From Porphyridium purpureum (Eukaryota), in NCBI GenBank assembly GCA_008690995.1, contig VRMN01000002.1, forward strand, positions 1,178,001-1,242,000: DNA of 64,000 bases, in the 5' to 3' direction. Both the position numbers and the translations under genes were made by a program. Shown here piece by piece: positions 39,828-51,113 of this stretch. Below the pieces are notes generated by a model. It saw only the letters and a list, made by a program, of their open reading frames with translations, did no database searches and was not told where the DNA came from. Each line of letters starts with the position of its first letter. Position 1 is the first letter of the stretch.

Positions 39828-41594
39828 TCACGTCTCGGAGGTTGGGCGCGTTGAGGGAAGCGCGCCAGTGGGCGTGGTGGCGTGCGGTGTACGAATGGAA
39901 AGGATGCCCTCGTCGAAGAGCGCCTGTGCAATGCCGACCTTGTCTGCGTCCGAGCCGGTTTCGTGACTCAGGTCGGACACAAGCACCCAGTGCGGTTCGA
40001 TTGTCGTGAGCAGCGTTTCCAGAGCGGGCGCGTCGTCCAGCTCAAAGTCAAGCGGCGAAAGCGCGCGCTCGTGGTACACGCGTCCGTTCGCGGCGCAGTG
40101 GTACACAACGGCCTTGTCGCCTTCGATCGTGAGCCGCGCAACGCCAGGTCGGACAAGTCGGCACGCCGTGCTGGCGTCAATCGTGTGCGCGCCGCCAGCA
40201 CTCGTACACAGCCGCTCCGCAGCGCTGAGCGCAGGCGACTGCCGATCCGATAAAAAGCGCACCGCCATGTCATCGCACCCCGCATCAATGAGCGCGATCG
40301 CCCGCTTGCACACGCGCATGATTCTGCTCGAAGCTTCCGCTCTGAATTGTTCGCGCAAGCGTTGGGTATTATCCTGCGGTGCGTCTTCATCTTTCGTGCC
40401 CTGGCTATGCTGCGCTTCGATATCCCTGCTTTCGTTGACCGGGTCAGAGGGCTCGTGCATGACGCCCATGTAAGCCTGGAAGTTGAGCGGCAGTCCCTGG
40501 CGCATCGATTGGTTCTTCGAGACGACGGCAGTGAGTGCTTGTGGGAAAAGAATGTCCAAAAAGTCGGCCCACGACCAGTTTTGCATAACGCTGACCGTCA
40601 GGTGCAGTGAGTGACCCTTGCTCTCCTGCTCGGTGTTGGCGTGATGAATCCAGCCCCTTGGCATGTACAGTACATCACCAGGCTGCAATGTACAATCGAT
40701 CACGGGCTTGCATCCGCTCAAGTCGGCCTCGGAAAAGTCGGGCGAGCTTGCGCGGGGGAGTGTGTCTTCCTTGCTCAAGGGTGCATACACGCGCCACCGC
40801 TTCTCGCCTTCGAGCTGTAGAACAAACGCTTCAATGTCATCATAGTGGGGCGCAAACCCCTGCGCATGGCCACCCGGAGTCAGGTAAGCGTTCGCGCCGA
40901 CCATGCAGCCAAACTCTGTCTCGAGGGTGGATAAGAGCGCATGCACAGAGTCTGAGAGCTTATGTGGACACAGCATGCGAATCGTCCATCCCTTTTCCTC
41001 AAAACCCTTCCACATCTTGTCGGGGTCGATCGCGCCGTTTCTGACCTGACCCTCATCGTCGTCTTTCATTCGATCAAAGTTGGCGCGATACTTTCCCTTT
41101 CCATCGCCATGATCTGCGTATGCCGTCACGTTGATGTCTGTTCCAAAGTGCAGCTTGCGCGTCTCCAGCTGCCGTCTGATTTCCTGCAAGGAAAGAATTC
41201 CGCGGAGCCTTGTCCTGTACTCGGCCTCTTCGCACCCGAACGCTTTGGCGCTTGCCCACGAAACGAGCAGCGGCTTTTTTTCCCAAACGTCTTGATAAAA
41301 CTGTGGGACGGAGCACCCGCTCGGGCTCAGGAGCGAACGCAATACTGCCGTTGCCATCTCCTGGTGGCTCGCGGAGCTCTTTACTCCAGGATTCTTATCA
41401 CCGTGTGGGACATGATTCATGGGCACCAGATCGCACTCGGAACGCGTTGCCGAAACAAGCTGCGTCTCTGCTGCCCGCTTCGTGCGCTTTCTGGGCTCCT
41501 TTCCTCCACTTACATTGCCTAGATGTTCTCGGCCAATCAGCGGCCTCTTCAGCATTGCCTTCTTCCCGCTGCCTGTACGACTTGCCTTCTTCAT
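39828..41594 (-). CDS. RIOX1: JmjC ribosomal oxygenase NO66/RIOX1
   Basis: FYQDVWEKKPL, GANAYLTP, QGFAPHYDDIEAFVLQLEG.K.W, PGD.LY.PRG.IH and SLHLT motifs. Confidence 0.92.
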   Translation of the reverse strand: MKKASRTGSGKKAMLKRPLIGREHLGNVSGGKEPRKRTKRAAETQLVSATRSECDLVPMNHVPHGDKNPGVKSSASHQEMATAVLRSLLSPSGCSVPQFYQDVWEKKPLLVSWASAKAFGCEEAEYRTRLRGILSLQEIRRQLETRKLHFGTDINVTAYADHGDGKGKYRANFDRMKDDDEGQVRNGAIDPDKMWKGFEEKGWTIRMLCPHKLSDSVHALLSTLETEFGCMVGANAYLTPGGHAQGFAPHYDDIEAFVLQLEGEKRWRVYAPLSKEDTLPRASSPDFSEADLSGCKPVIDCTLQPGDVLYMPRGWIHHANTEQESKGHSLHLTVSVMQNWSWADFLDILFPQALTAVVSKNQSMRQGLPLNFQAYMGVMHEPSDPVNESRDIEAQHSQGTKDEDAPQDNTQRLREQFRAEASSRIMRVCKRAIALIDAGCDDMAVRFLSDRQSPALSAAERLCTSAGGAHTIDASTACRLVRPGVARLTIEGDKAVVYHCAANGRVYHERALSPLDFELDDAPALETLLTTIEPHWVLVSDLSHETGSDADKVGIAQALFDEGILSIRTPHATTPTGALPSTRPTSET

Positions 41595-41934
41595 CACGCC
41601 AAACTAACACACGCACGCCGGCTCTTCGCGCCCTGCACGCTTACAAGATGCATGTGCCACTTCCGGAAATCCAAATCGGCCAGCGTATGTTTGCGCGGCT
41701 GTGACGACAGTTGAGAGGCAGGAGGGGCATGCCGATATAAGTAGATGGCGGGCGACGCCATGCGTCGGTCTGGTTTCGTGAGTCTCTGTAAGAACGGCGC
41801 AGCTCATACGCCAACACGAGAAGGCGACAGAGACGCGCTGGCATTCATTGCGACTAGAACTCGAAGAGCGATTCGTGGAGCGCAACGCCAGTCGTTGGAA
41901 ACAGCGAGAATTGGAAGCATTGGGCTGCGCACTC

Positions 41935-43446
41935 ATGACCGGCTTTTCGATTGACGGAAGTCTGCGCTCGCAATCGAGCCTGAATGTTTACAGGAGCGAC
42001 AGCGCGCTGCACTCGCAGCCCAGCCTCAGGTACACGGACTCGATCACGCGGAAGAAGTCCACCCCACTCGACTACTTGCTCGTAGTCGAAGACAAGTCAG
42101 AGGCAGATGGTGCGAAAGGTTTGGACTTGTCGCATGGATTGTTTCGCAGCGACGGAACGCCCGTGCCGTCCTTCAAGCTGCTCGACTTCAATGACGAGCT
42201 CTTCCTCGAGGTAGCGCGCGGGCTCGGCGGAATGCTGGTGTCCTATGAAGAGTCCGCCCGCAAGGTCGATGCGAGCGCTGGAATTCTCCACAAGATTGGC
42301 CAAGTGGTGGATCCGTCAGAGATGGACGCACCTTTCCAGGGCATGAAGAGGTTTGATGTGACGTACGAAAACGAGCACTGCGAGTACATCTGCAAAAGCG
42401 TTGTCGTTAAAGTGAAACAGGGCGATCAGCAGGCGCTCGAAGACACTGTAGCGGATATATTCCGCGGCAAAGACGAAGCCTTCTCAAATCTTCCGCCGAT
42501 TGACTATTGGACGAAGGGTGTGCTGGCTCGAGATATCTATGTATTCCGCGACTTCCAGGATGTGGGGGAGTTTTGGCGTATCGCCCCCGAAATATACTAT
42601 GCCCACGCGGACCCCGCGCGCGGTCACCATGTGATTGCCATGGAGGACATTGCATCACAGGCAGTCTCTGAGAAGCTGAGTCTCGAGCCGGGCGAGTTCT
42701 CGACCATGTCCGAACTCAAAGTCATCATCCGCGATATTTCTAGGTTTCATGCCGTACACATGGGCCAGACCGACTCGCTAAGGGATCGATACGCCAACGC
42801 TGACAAATGGCTACTGGCTCACGACATCCAATTCAAGGACGCGCGTAGTTTTGAGTCGATCCGCGTCGTGCACAAGAGGAATGTAGAACGCTACGCGGAC
42901 GCGTACAGCGGGCCATTTGGCCGTATCGTGGACAAACTGGTCGAGAACATGCCGGAGCTGATCGACGAGATAAATAGATTGGCGCGCGAGCACAAGCTGG
43001 AGACCGTCATTCACGGCGACTTTTCGACGCGCAACTGCTGCCTGCGCGCCGGCGGGGAGCGAGCGCTGGTGTACGACTGGGAGCTGATGGCCATTGGCAT
43101 TCCATGCATTGACATCACGGAGCTCTTGTACTTTGGCCTGCATCCTCGAGACGCCACGAGGGAGACATTTTTCGAGCTTGCGCGCTTTTCGCACGCATGC
43201 CTCGTGGAGTCTGTCGCTGCCGTGGGCAATCCCGTTGCCGTGTGTGACTTTGAGACGTATCTGCACGCGTTCTGCCTGACATGGCTGCGGCATTGCGTGC
43301 TGCGCACCGCGCTGTTCGTGTACTTCCAGGCCGGCGAGACGCTAGACTGCGTGGTCGAACTGGCTGTCGAGGTCACCAAGCAGTTTGTCCAGGTTGCGCT
43401 GGCTACGCTGCCGGAATCATGTCCAATCCGAACCAAGCTCGGCTAA
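41935..43446 (+). CDS. APH/choline kinase-like (EcKL-type) phosphotransferase; start uncertain
   Basis: VVVKVK, P.IYYA, IAMEDI, VIHGDFSTRN and VYDWEL motifs; the frame is open upstream to ~41782. Confidence 0.78.
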   Translation: MTGFSIDGSLRSQSSLNVYRSDSALHSQPSLRYTDSITRKKSTPLDYLLVVEDKSEADGAKGLDLSHGLFRSDGTPVPSFKLLDFNDELFLEVARGLGGMLVSYEESARKVDASAGILHKIGQVVDPSEMDAPFQGMKRFDVTYENEHCEYICKSVVVKVKQGDQQALEDTVADIFRGKDEAFSNLPPIDYWTKGVLARDIYVFRDFQDVGEFWRIAPEIYYAHADPARGHHVIAMEDIASQAVSEKLSLEPGEFSTMSELKVIIRDISRFHAVHMGQTDSLRDRYANADKWLLAHDIQFKDARSFESIRVVHKRNVERYADAYSGPFGRIVDKLVENMPELIDEINRLAREHKLETVIHGDFSTRNCCLRAGGERALVYDWELMAIGIPCIDITELLYFGLHPRDATRETFFELARFSHACLVESVAAVGNPVAVCDFETYLHAFCLTWLRHCVLRTALFVYFQAGETLDCVVELAVEVTKQFVQVALATLPESCPIRTKLG

Positions 43447-43656
43447 GCCGCCGCGCGCCCCATTTTCCGTTTCACGGGTGTACAGTTTGCGCTTTCTTGA
43501 ATTGTAGGGTACACTGAAAGGTACAGCGTTTCATGTTTATCTCGGAGCGTGCGTGGAAGGAAAACCGAATGGGATGAATCTGCTGCTGGTGGTGTCGAGG
43601 TTGTGTGGGTGTTTGGCGTGTGATGGAGGCGAGGGAGACAGGCGGATGGAGGCGCG

Positions 43657-45363
43657 ATGGGCGCGCGTATTGGAAATGCGGTGAGGCGCGATCTTCCGCG
43701 CGCACTGCGCAACTGCGAGCGCATGCAGGAGCTCGAGCTGGAGCTGAAGCGCGTGCTGGCCGTGGACGTGCTGTGCGGTGGCGGCGCCTCTGCAATGCAG
43801 CGCCACATGTCGCGTGGCAAGCTGCCCGTGCGTGAGCGCGTGCACCGGCTCCTGGACCCGCTCAGCCCGTTTCTCGAGTTATCGCAGCTCGCGGGATACA
43901 AGCTGTATGACGAAAAGCCTATTCTGCCGGCGGGCGGTGTCGTCACCGGCATTGGAAAAGTGCACGGTCACCTCGTCATGGTGGTGGCCAATGACGCCAC
44001 CGTAAGCGGCGGGACATACTTTCCCATAACAGTGAAGAAGCACTTGCGCGCACAGCACATTGCGCAGCAATGCGGCTTGCCGTGTGTGTACCTTGTCGAC
44101 TCTGGGGGCGCGTACTTGCCGCGGCAAGCAGACGTGTTTCCAGATCGTGACCACTTTGGGCGCATCTTCTTCAATCAGGCACGCATGTCAGCGGCAGGAC
44201 TCGCACAAATTGCCGTGGTTATGGGCAGCTGCACCGCCGGCGGCGCGTACGTACCGGCTATGGCCGACGAGGCCATCATTGTGAGAAAAACGGGCTCCAT
44301 TTTCCTGGGTGGGCCGCCGCTGGTGAAGGCAGCCACGGGCGAGGACGTGTCGGTTGAAGAACTTGGGGGTGCCGAAATGCACTGCTCAAAGTCTGGCGTC
44401 GCAGACTACTTGGCCGAAAACGATGAGCACGCGCTGCAACTGGCTCGCGACGCTATGGCTCAGCGCGTGACCGCGTTCACGACAGGCTCATCAGCAGCCT
44501 CCTCGTCTGCGCCCACCTTTGACGCGCCGCTGTTCCCAATCGATGACTTGCGATATATTATTCCATCCGACTCCAAGGAAATGTACGACGTGCGCGAGGT
44601 ATTGGCGCGGCTGGTGGACGGCAGTCGCTTTCACGAGTTCAAGCCAACTTACGGCGCGTCCTTGGTCACCGGCTGGGCGCACGTTCATGGCCAAGTGGTG
44701 GGCATTCTGGCCAACAATGGCATTCTTTTCAGCGAGTCGGCCAACAAGGCGGCGCATTTCATCCAACTCTGCGAGCAGCGCGCCATCCCGCTGCTTTTTC
44801 TGCACAACGTTTCTGGTTTCATGGTAGGTTCAGCATACGAGCAGGGCGGCATTGCTAAGCACGGCGCAAAGTGGGTAAATGCCGTGTCCAATGCTCGCGT
44901 TCCCAAGATCTCGCTGCTCATCGGCGGATCGCACGGCGCCGCCAATTATGCCATGTGCGGGCGTGCGTATGATCCCCATTTTTTGCTCACTTGGCCGAAT
45001 GCCAAAATCTCCGTCATGGGCGGCACACAAGCCGCGAACGTGCTGTATACCATTCAGCGCGATGCCGCTGCACAGCGTGACGGCCAGAAGAAGAAAGCAA
45101 ATGCTGTCTCGGCCGAGAGGGACGCAGACGGCGCGGCGCAGGAGCTCAAACTCAAGCAAGAAATTGAGAGTAAGTTTGAGCAAGAAGGCAGCGTCTACTA
45201 CGCCGGCGCGCGGCTCTGGGACGACGGATGCATTTTGCCGACTGACAGTCGCAAGGTGCTCGCATTGTGCCTGGCAGCGGCGGCGGCTGGGAACCGTTCC
45301 GTCGCAGCTCCTAGCACCCATGTCCGCACAGCTGGCAGTACGTTTGGCGTGTTCCGCATGTAA
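43657..45363 (+). CDS. MCCC2: Methylcrotonoyl-CoA carboxylase beta subunit
   Basis: RGKL..RER...[48 protein letters not shown] and ARLWDDG motifs; C-terminal FGVFRM. Confidence 0.96.
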   Translation: MGARIGNAVRRDLPRALRNCERMQELELELKRVLAVDVLCGGGASAMQRHMSRGKLPVRERVHRLLDPLSPFLELSQLAGYKLYDEKPILPAGGVVTGIGKVHGHLVMVVANDATVSGGTYFPITVKKHLRAQHIAQQCGLPCVYLVDSGGAYLPRQADVFPDRDHFGRIFFNQARMSAAGLAQIAVVMGSCTAGGAYVPAMADEAIIVRKTGSIFLGGPPLVKAATGEDVSVEELGGAEMHCSKSGVADYLAENDEHALQLARDAMAQRVTAFTTGSSAASSSAPTFDAPLFPIDDLRYIIPSDSKEMYDVREVLARLVDGSRFHEFKPTYGASLVTGWAHVHGQVVGILANNGILFSESANKAAHFIQLCEQRAIPLLFLHNVSGFMVGSAYEQGGIAKHGAKWVNAVSNARVPKISLLIGGSHGAANYAMCGRAYDPHFLLTWPNAKISVMGGTQAANVLYTIQRDAAAQRDGQKKKANAVSAERDADGAAQELKLKQEIESKFEQEGSVYYAGARLWDDGCILPTDSRKVLALCLAAAAAGNRSVAAPSTHVRTAGSTFGVFRM

Positions 45364-45398
45364 AGGCCACCGATCGAAAGCGCTAATTAAAACAAAGC

Positions 45399-46466
45399 AT
45401 GTTCGTTGCGGGAACGCCGCGTGCGTGGCGATGTCATTGTCGCCCGCGAAATGTCGCGTCACGACGACCGCCTGAGACCATCGCTCATGCGCGCAAGCGG
45501 CGTGCGCTTTTCTGCGCGTCTGCACAGGACGCTGGCCGTGGCGGCAAGGAGCTTTGGCCGAAAAGCAAACTGCTTCTGGATGTTCGCGACGCCGTGGCGT
45601 TTGAACGCTGTCATGTTGCCAACGCGGTGTCCTTTCCTCTGCGTGAGCTGGAGCAGCGCGCGTTTGAACTTCCGCCGCCATACACGCCTGCGCGAATCGT
45701 GATATGCGGCGAATCGATTGCGCAAGTGGAGCACGCGGTCCTCTTCCTAACAGCCAAGGGATGGCAATGCGACGTCCGAGAATGTTTACTGCTAGGTACC
45801 GACGAGGCAAGCGCCTTCTCGAGGTTCAAAACGGAGACCGGGCGATGCACAGCGGTCGTATGGCGGCCGAATGAGTTTTTGGAGCAGCTATTCAGCAGCG
45901 GACCGCTTCCGCTGAGCGCGTACTTACGAGCCGAGCAACAGAAGCTTACTGAAGCTCCAGTGGCGCTGGACTTGGGTTGCGGTAGCGGTCGGGATTTGGT
46001 GTTTCTAAAAATGCACCTCCCCGGCCGCTGGCGCGTCATGGGCTTTGATAATCACTCCTATGCACTTGAACGCGCGAAGGCGTTGGCACAACGGGCAAGT
46101 GTGGACGTGGAGGTGTGCACCGTGGACCTTACGGATGAGCTCCAAGCTGCCCGGCTACCCAAAGCACATCTCGTACATGGCTGCCGCTTCTTGCACCGCC
46201 CGCTCCTCAGGCATGTGCGGGACCACGTCATCCATGTTGGAGGGATATTCATTTGGTCGACGTTCGTCCAGAGCGCGGAGAGCGCGCGCAACATGGCGCC
46301 TCCGTACAAGGAAAAACGGGTGCTTGCCCCCGGTGAGCTCCGAGAGATGTTTTTGGTACCATCTTTACACGTACAGTACGAGCTAATTGAGGAACGCGAC
46401 GGCGTTTTCCTGACTCGCGGGGTTCCAGTGCCCGCGACATTTTTCGCTTGCCGGCGCGTACGCTAG
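45399..46466 (+). CDS. Rhodanese-like domain fused to a class I SAM methyltransferase (TehB-like)
   Basis: LLDVR...F...HVANAVSFP (rhodanese); ALDLGCGSGRD..FL, RFLHRPL, GG and L.PGEL motifs. Confidence 0.82.
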   Translation: MFVAGTPRAWRCHCRPRNVASRRPPETIAHARKRRALFCASAQDAGRGGKELWPKSKLLLDVRDAVAFERCHVANAVSFPLRELEQRAFELPPPYTPARIVICGESIAQVEHAVLFLTAKGWQCDVRECLLLGTDEASAFSRFKTETGRCTAVVWRPNEFLEQLFSSGPLPLSAYLRAEQQKLTEAPVALDLGCGSGRDLVFLKMHLPGRWRVMGFDNHSYALERAKALAQRASVDVEVCTVDLTDELQAARLPKAHLVHGCRFLHRPLLRHVRDHVIHVGGIFIWSTFVQSAESARNMAPPYKEKRVLAPGELREMFLVPSLHVQYELIEERDGVFLTRGVPVPATFFACRRVR

Positions 46467-46642
46467 TGCACGAACAGCGGTCTAAAGAGAGCATGAAGCA
46501 AACTCATATTGTGTATCATGCAGTTAGATCATTACAAGGTTACACAAGAGAGCAGAAAGACAACAAACCCTGTCTTGCGCTCACAGTAGCATCCTACGAC
46601 ACGAACACGAGTGTGCAAACTTTCATGAGATGCCAAACCCAT

Positions 46643-46849
46643 TCACATCCTTCTACGCTTCAGTTCATGATCTCCCATGAAAAGCCGCACGGTCCATCTC
46701 ATGATGTCAAACCAGATTGTGAAGAGCCGGACGAACGGATACAGCGTTGCCTCTAAACCGTTCACGTAACAGGACACCCCGAAAGCAACTATCAGCACCA
46801 AAAGTGAAAGCGCTAGGGTGACTGGTGCCGAGAACAGCTCGTCTTCCAT
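46643..46849 (-). CDS. Putative 68-aa membrane microprotein
   Basis: ATG after a purine-rich leader like those of neighbouring genes; a hydrophobic helix followed by an amphipathic helix and a basic tail. Confidence 0.4.
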   Translation of the reverse strand: MEDELFSAPVTLALSLLVLIVAFGVSCYVNGLEATLYPFVRLFTIWFDIMRWTVRLFMGDHELKRRRM

Positions 46850-48607
46850 CTCCGCTCCACGTTGTCTTCTTGCCTTTCCTTCTCCCACCTCCCTCACTTA
46901 TCTACCACCGGAACCTGTCACCGCTTTCTTCGCCCGCAAACCCGTTCGTTCACCGTCTTGTAACGCTTCGGTCACATGCCCAACGCAGTAAGCTGTTCCG
47001 ACATGTAACATTCAAACCACATGTGCCGCGGAACAGCTCGTCGCAGCGCGGATCACGCGCATGCGACAGGCAACGGACCGAGCGCGGGTCGATGGTACGC
47101 TCCATTGTGAAGAAGCAAAAAGCTCCGCCGTGGCGCGGTGCGCAACTTGGCACGCAGCGCGTGGCATTGGACGCGTGCGCGGAGTTTTCTTTTTTCTTCT
47201 TGGCCTGGCGTCCTCGAGTGCGTTTAAAGGGCCCGCGTGTGATGGCTGACTCTTCGGGACAGAACACGACAGTGTTGACAAATCAACATCAACGGTCCGC
47301 GCAGACGACAGGCTTCATCCAGTTTGGAAAGATTGAAACGTACAAGTGGCGACGGTGAAATTCGGATGTGAAAGTTACTGCCTTGCAGACGTTGCGCTTC
47401 CCTTCAATCGTCTGCGGGGACAGAGTGGTTTGCTGGATGCGGCGAGCAGCAGTAGGTTTGGGTGTAGACAAGGAAGCGGAGAGGGCATGTGAGACTTGGC
47501 GCCAAGGCAACGTTGACATTTCCTTCCCGTTTTCCTGTTTAATGGTTCTTCCCGTCTTGGTGATGCCAATCCGACCCGTGCCACTGAACGCCGTCCAACC
47601 TGGTGGCACAAGAATCAGCCGTTGGCGTACACTCGACAAGACGAATGTGAAACGCATCGAATGTCTCATCACGGACGTGTGCTGGTCTTGTGAAGGAACA
47701 GAGTAGCTCGCTCGATGTTCTCCAGCGTTCCATTCCAAGACCGGGACGAGCGGCGGCGGCAAAATAGCAGCTGAAATCTGGATGAATTGGATTTTATCGC
47801 GAGAGAGTTTCGCCGGGAGCCCTTAATCTTTGATCCACTTGTGAATGACTGTAAGGTTTGCCCGTGTGGGCAGAGTTCAACGCAACTGTGGCTGCCACGG
47901 CGCCGCGTGTTTCATGCAGCGTTGGATCTCCATCCAGGCATGCTCGATTCTGTCCGTGATCGAACGTGTGCTTACCACTAAATTGAACCCATCCACACTA
48001 CCGAAACGTCGATGCAGACGCACAAGTCACTTACACGCGCTTAAATTGTCGCAGTGAGGAACGACGTGAGGGACAGGGAGGGACAGGAACCAGGAACGAA
48101 GTGGTTGTGTTGTTGTCCTCCCGGTGGGTATTCATGTACATGGGCATGGACGTGCATGAGCATCGAAAGCAATACAGTGCATGTGCGCTCTGAGCTGCCG
48201 TGCATTCGCCCTGTTCGCGCGCGGGGGGTTGTCCTCTGTGGGTGGGAAGAACAGAAGCGCCGTGACCCGGGCGACTCGGAGTGGGGAAACAGATTTAGAG
48301 AATACGGCGCGGGTTGGGAGCGCGCGAGAGAAGAGTGGGAGAGCTGGAGGGCAGGTGCGTTGAAGACAGTGGCGTGAACATCCGTGAAGATTTGGATCCG
48401 CGAATTCACGGATGCAGGGAGCGGCGAGTGGTTGGGCGCGACTGCTCGAAATTTAAAAAAGCTTGACCAGTCCACGAGTGCGTTTCGGCCTGAATCCGGC
48501 GCGCCGCTGCGAAGTGTGCGTTGGGAGGGGAGAGACGGGGCCTGCGTGCTCCGTGAAAGGCGGATTGATGGTCGGTTTGTACTTCTTTATGGGATGAGCA
48601 TGCGAGG

Positions 48608-51085
48608 ATGAACGTGCAAGACCACGAGTTTGTGCCGGAGCCAACCGACCTGGAGCTTTTGCGCAAGGTCAAGACGCGCCTGCTCTCCATTGTGGTTCCT
48701 GGTGATCTGGTTCAGCTGAGAAATCTGCTCGTTACGACCGCAGATGGTACTTGTCCGCACGAGCTACGAGGTACGCTATGGTTACACTTACTTGGTATCA
48801 CGCCCGAGCATGTGCTGGCCGAGGAGGACCCCCAGCAATTTGCTCTCGAAGCTCGCCATGCTGTACGGGACGATAATTCGAAAGAACAAATTTGGAAGGA
48901 CGTTAGAAGAACGCGGCCCTCCCTCATGCGATTCAAAGAGGAGCGCGTGCAGAATGCCCTTTTAAGGCTTTTGTCTCTTTTTTGCGAGAGAAATTCCATC
49001 GAATACATTCAGGGCATGAACGAAATTCTCGCACCGTTTGTGCTGCTGGACGATACGGGTGGCAATCCGCGATTAGTGTATGCGCTGTACAATGAGTTCA
49101 TCACTAAGTTTGCCACGTTTTTACTGGAGGGAAGTGAGCAGCGCATGTTCAACACCCTTCGCATTGCATTCAGCTTCTTTGCGAGGCTGTTCTTGTACCA
49201 CGACCCGGAATTGTTTTGGTATCTGGAGAATCAAGGTATGTCGGTCGACTTGTATACAACTAGCTGGTTCATCACCATCTTTGCGCGCAACTTTAGCCTT
49301 GAGATTTTGCTCAAGTTGTGGGATTTGCTGGTGCTGGAAGATCACGCTCTCGGAATCTACTTTTTTGGACTGGCACTCGTGCTGGACAAGAAAGAGCATC
49401 TCAAGCGTGTCGATCCGTCCGCACTTCCGGAGGCGCTGATGAATCTTGCACCGCAGGACGTGAGTGAGGTCAAGCGGCTCTGGCGCAAAGGCTCGGAGCT
49501 CAGAATACGGCAAACCCCATCTTCCTATTTGCGGATCCTCCTGTCCCGATTCAGCTCGCACCAGCGGCGCGGGAGTCGCGAAAGTGTTGATCAAAGAAAG
49601 CATGCAGTTCATGACGCAGCGCTGGAGGAGATGCGGCATTCGTCATGCCTGCAAGTTTCTTTGGATGAGACTGTTCTGGATCGCTCTTTCAATATGAGCT
49701 TTTTCTTGTGGGATTGTCGCACGCGTGAAGAGTTTGACTCTGGTCACATTGCGCAGGCAGCGTACCTGCCGCTGGATCGGCTGCGCGCAAGTGCACCGGA
49801 CAAAGATCTGGATTTGGACCACGTACTGCAAATATGTGAACCGCTCAAGGGCTCCATTCATTTCTGTCTGGTGGGATCAGGGTATCCTGAGCTCGACGCT
49901 TTGGATGCGCACGCCCTTGCGTTCTTTCTGACGCAGAGAAAAGTGCCGTTTGTTTCGGTGCTGCGAGGCGGCTTCAAATCAATAGTGTACCGCGTTGAAG
50001 AGGAGGACGCCGTTTTCCAGGACATGATCGGCCTTTCTGAATTTAATCTTGCGCGTTACGAGGCGGCTTTGAAGAAGCGCCGCACGGCCTTTGCACTATC
50101 ACGAGCCAATGCTACCGAAGATCAGTCTGACATGCATGTCCCAGCATCGGCCTCACTTGACTATGACATGCAAATGGTCAGCAGCTCGTCAACACGGAAA
50201 GAATCATCATCGCCCAAGGGCAGTGTGAAAAAGAGTGGCCGCGAATTGAAGGAAGACGAGGAACAGAAAAATGCGGTAGGAGCGGACGGGCGGCCCGCAA
50301 CCTCGACTGCGAGCTCAACCTCGTGGTTCCGGCGTACCATATTCGGGCAAAATACGGGCGGTGGCGGTGGCGGTGGCTGTGGTCGAGGTGGGATGCTGTC
50401 GCCTGCTGGGGAGAACAACAAGACTTTGGTGGGGCCTGGTTCGGCCTCACCCCACCAGAAGCAGGGCCAGAACTTGGAGCCCTGCAAGTGGAAAGCGCAC
50501 GCGGATGCTGGCTGGTTGGACAAGAGCACAATTTCGCGTCCCGTGAATGGAATTCCCGAAGGCTTTACTGTGAACATTGCTGACCCGAAAGTCATGCAGG
50601 GCGTGAGCTTGTTTCCGTGCTACGCCGCTTACCAGCTCACATCGCTGGATAACTGCGATGCGAATCACGTCGGCGGCGATGAGGAAGATGACAGCTCCAG
50701 GTTACCCCCATCGATCAGCACAGACTCATTTGGAACCACGCGGTCAAACAAGCTGCGCAGGCTCTTTGTGGGCATCTCCAAGCTATATTTTCTGGTGCTT
50801 GTGCCACATGAGTCGCGCCCAGAGCTGTTAGTACTGGAAGTCATTAGGCATCTCACAGACGTCCATCAGGTATCCTTCAAAAAGAGCAAGCCAGAGTGGT
50901 TGCGCTTTGTGCTGAGGACTCGGTATGTCTTCTTCAAGAGCGAAAAGACATCCAAGCCGAACGCGCGGGGACAAAGCTCGAACAGCGGCGAAGAACTGCA
51001 GATGATTTGCCACATGGCGAGCAACGTGCCGGCGTGCCTGCAGGTTTTGCAGCAATACATGGATCAACCGTCGCCAGAACTGTAA
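48608..51085 (+). CDS. TBC1D23: TBC1D23-like protein (TBC + rhodanese-like + C-terminal PH-like domain)
   Basis: LRGTLW..LL, QI.KDV.RTR, YIQGMNEILAPF, LYHDPEL, DCR..EEF..GH and VS.L.GGF motifs; C-terminal beta-rich domain with ..SFKKS.P. Confidence 0.82.
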   Translation: MNVQDHEFVPEPTDLELLRKVKTRLLSIVVPGDLVQLRNLLVTTADGTCPHELRGTLWLHLLGITPEHVLAEEDPQQFALEARHAVRDDNSKEQIWKDVRRTRPSLMRFKEERVQNALLRLLSLFCERNSIEYIQGMNEILAPFVLLDDTGGNPRLVYALYNEFITKFATFLLEGSEQRMFNTLRIAFSFFARLFLYHDPELFWYLENQGMSVDLYTTSWFITIFARNFSLEILLKLWDLLVLEDHALGIYFFGLALVLDKKEHLKRVDPSALPEALMNLAPQDVSEVKRLWRKGSELRIRQTPSSYLRILLSRFSSHQRRGSRESVDQRKHAVHDAALEEMRHSSCLQVSLDETVLDRSFNMSFFLWDCRTREEFDSGHIAQAAYLPLDRLRASAPDKDLDLDHVLQICEPLKGSIHFCLVGSGYPELDALDAHALAFFLTQRKVPFVSVLRGGFKSIVYRVEEEDAVFQDMIGLSEFNLARYEAALKKRRTAFALSRANATEDQSDMHVPASASLDYDMQMVSSSSTRKESSSPKGSVKKSGRELKEDEEQKNAVGADGRPATSTASSTSWFRRTIFGQNTGGGGGGGCGRGGMLSPAGENNKTLVGPGSASPHQKQGQNLEPCKWKAHADAGWLDKSTISRPVNGIPEGFTVNIADPKVMQGVSLFPCYAAYQLTSLDNCDANHVGGDEEDDSSRLPPSISTDSFGTTRSNKLRRLFVGISKLYFLVLVPHESRPELLVLEVIRHLTDVHQVSFKKSKPEWLRFVLRTRYVFFKSEKTSKPNARGQSSNSGEELQMICHMASNVPACLQVLQQYMDQPSPEL

Positions 51086-51113
51086 TATAAGTACAAAATA
51101 ATTTCACGCGCTT

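Noticed and set aside
38716..39966. 416-aa plus-strand ORF
   Set aside because: Antisense to the RING gene, runs through low-complexity promoter DNA and a GT microsatellite, and shows no domain.
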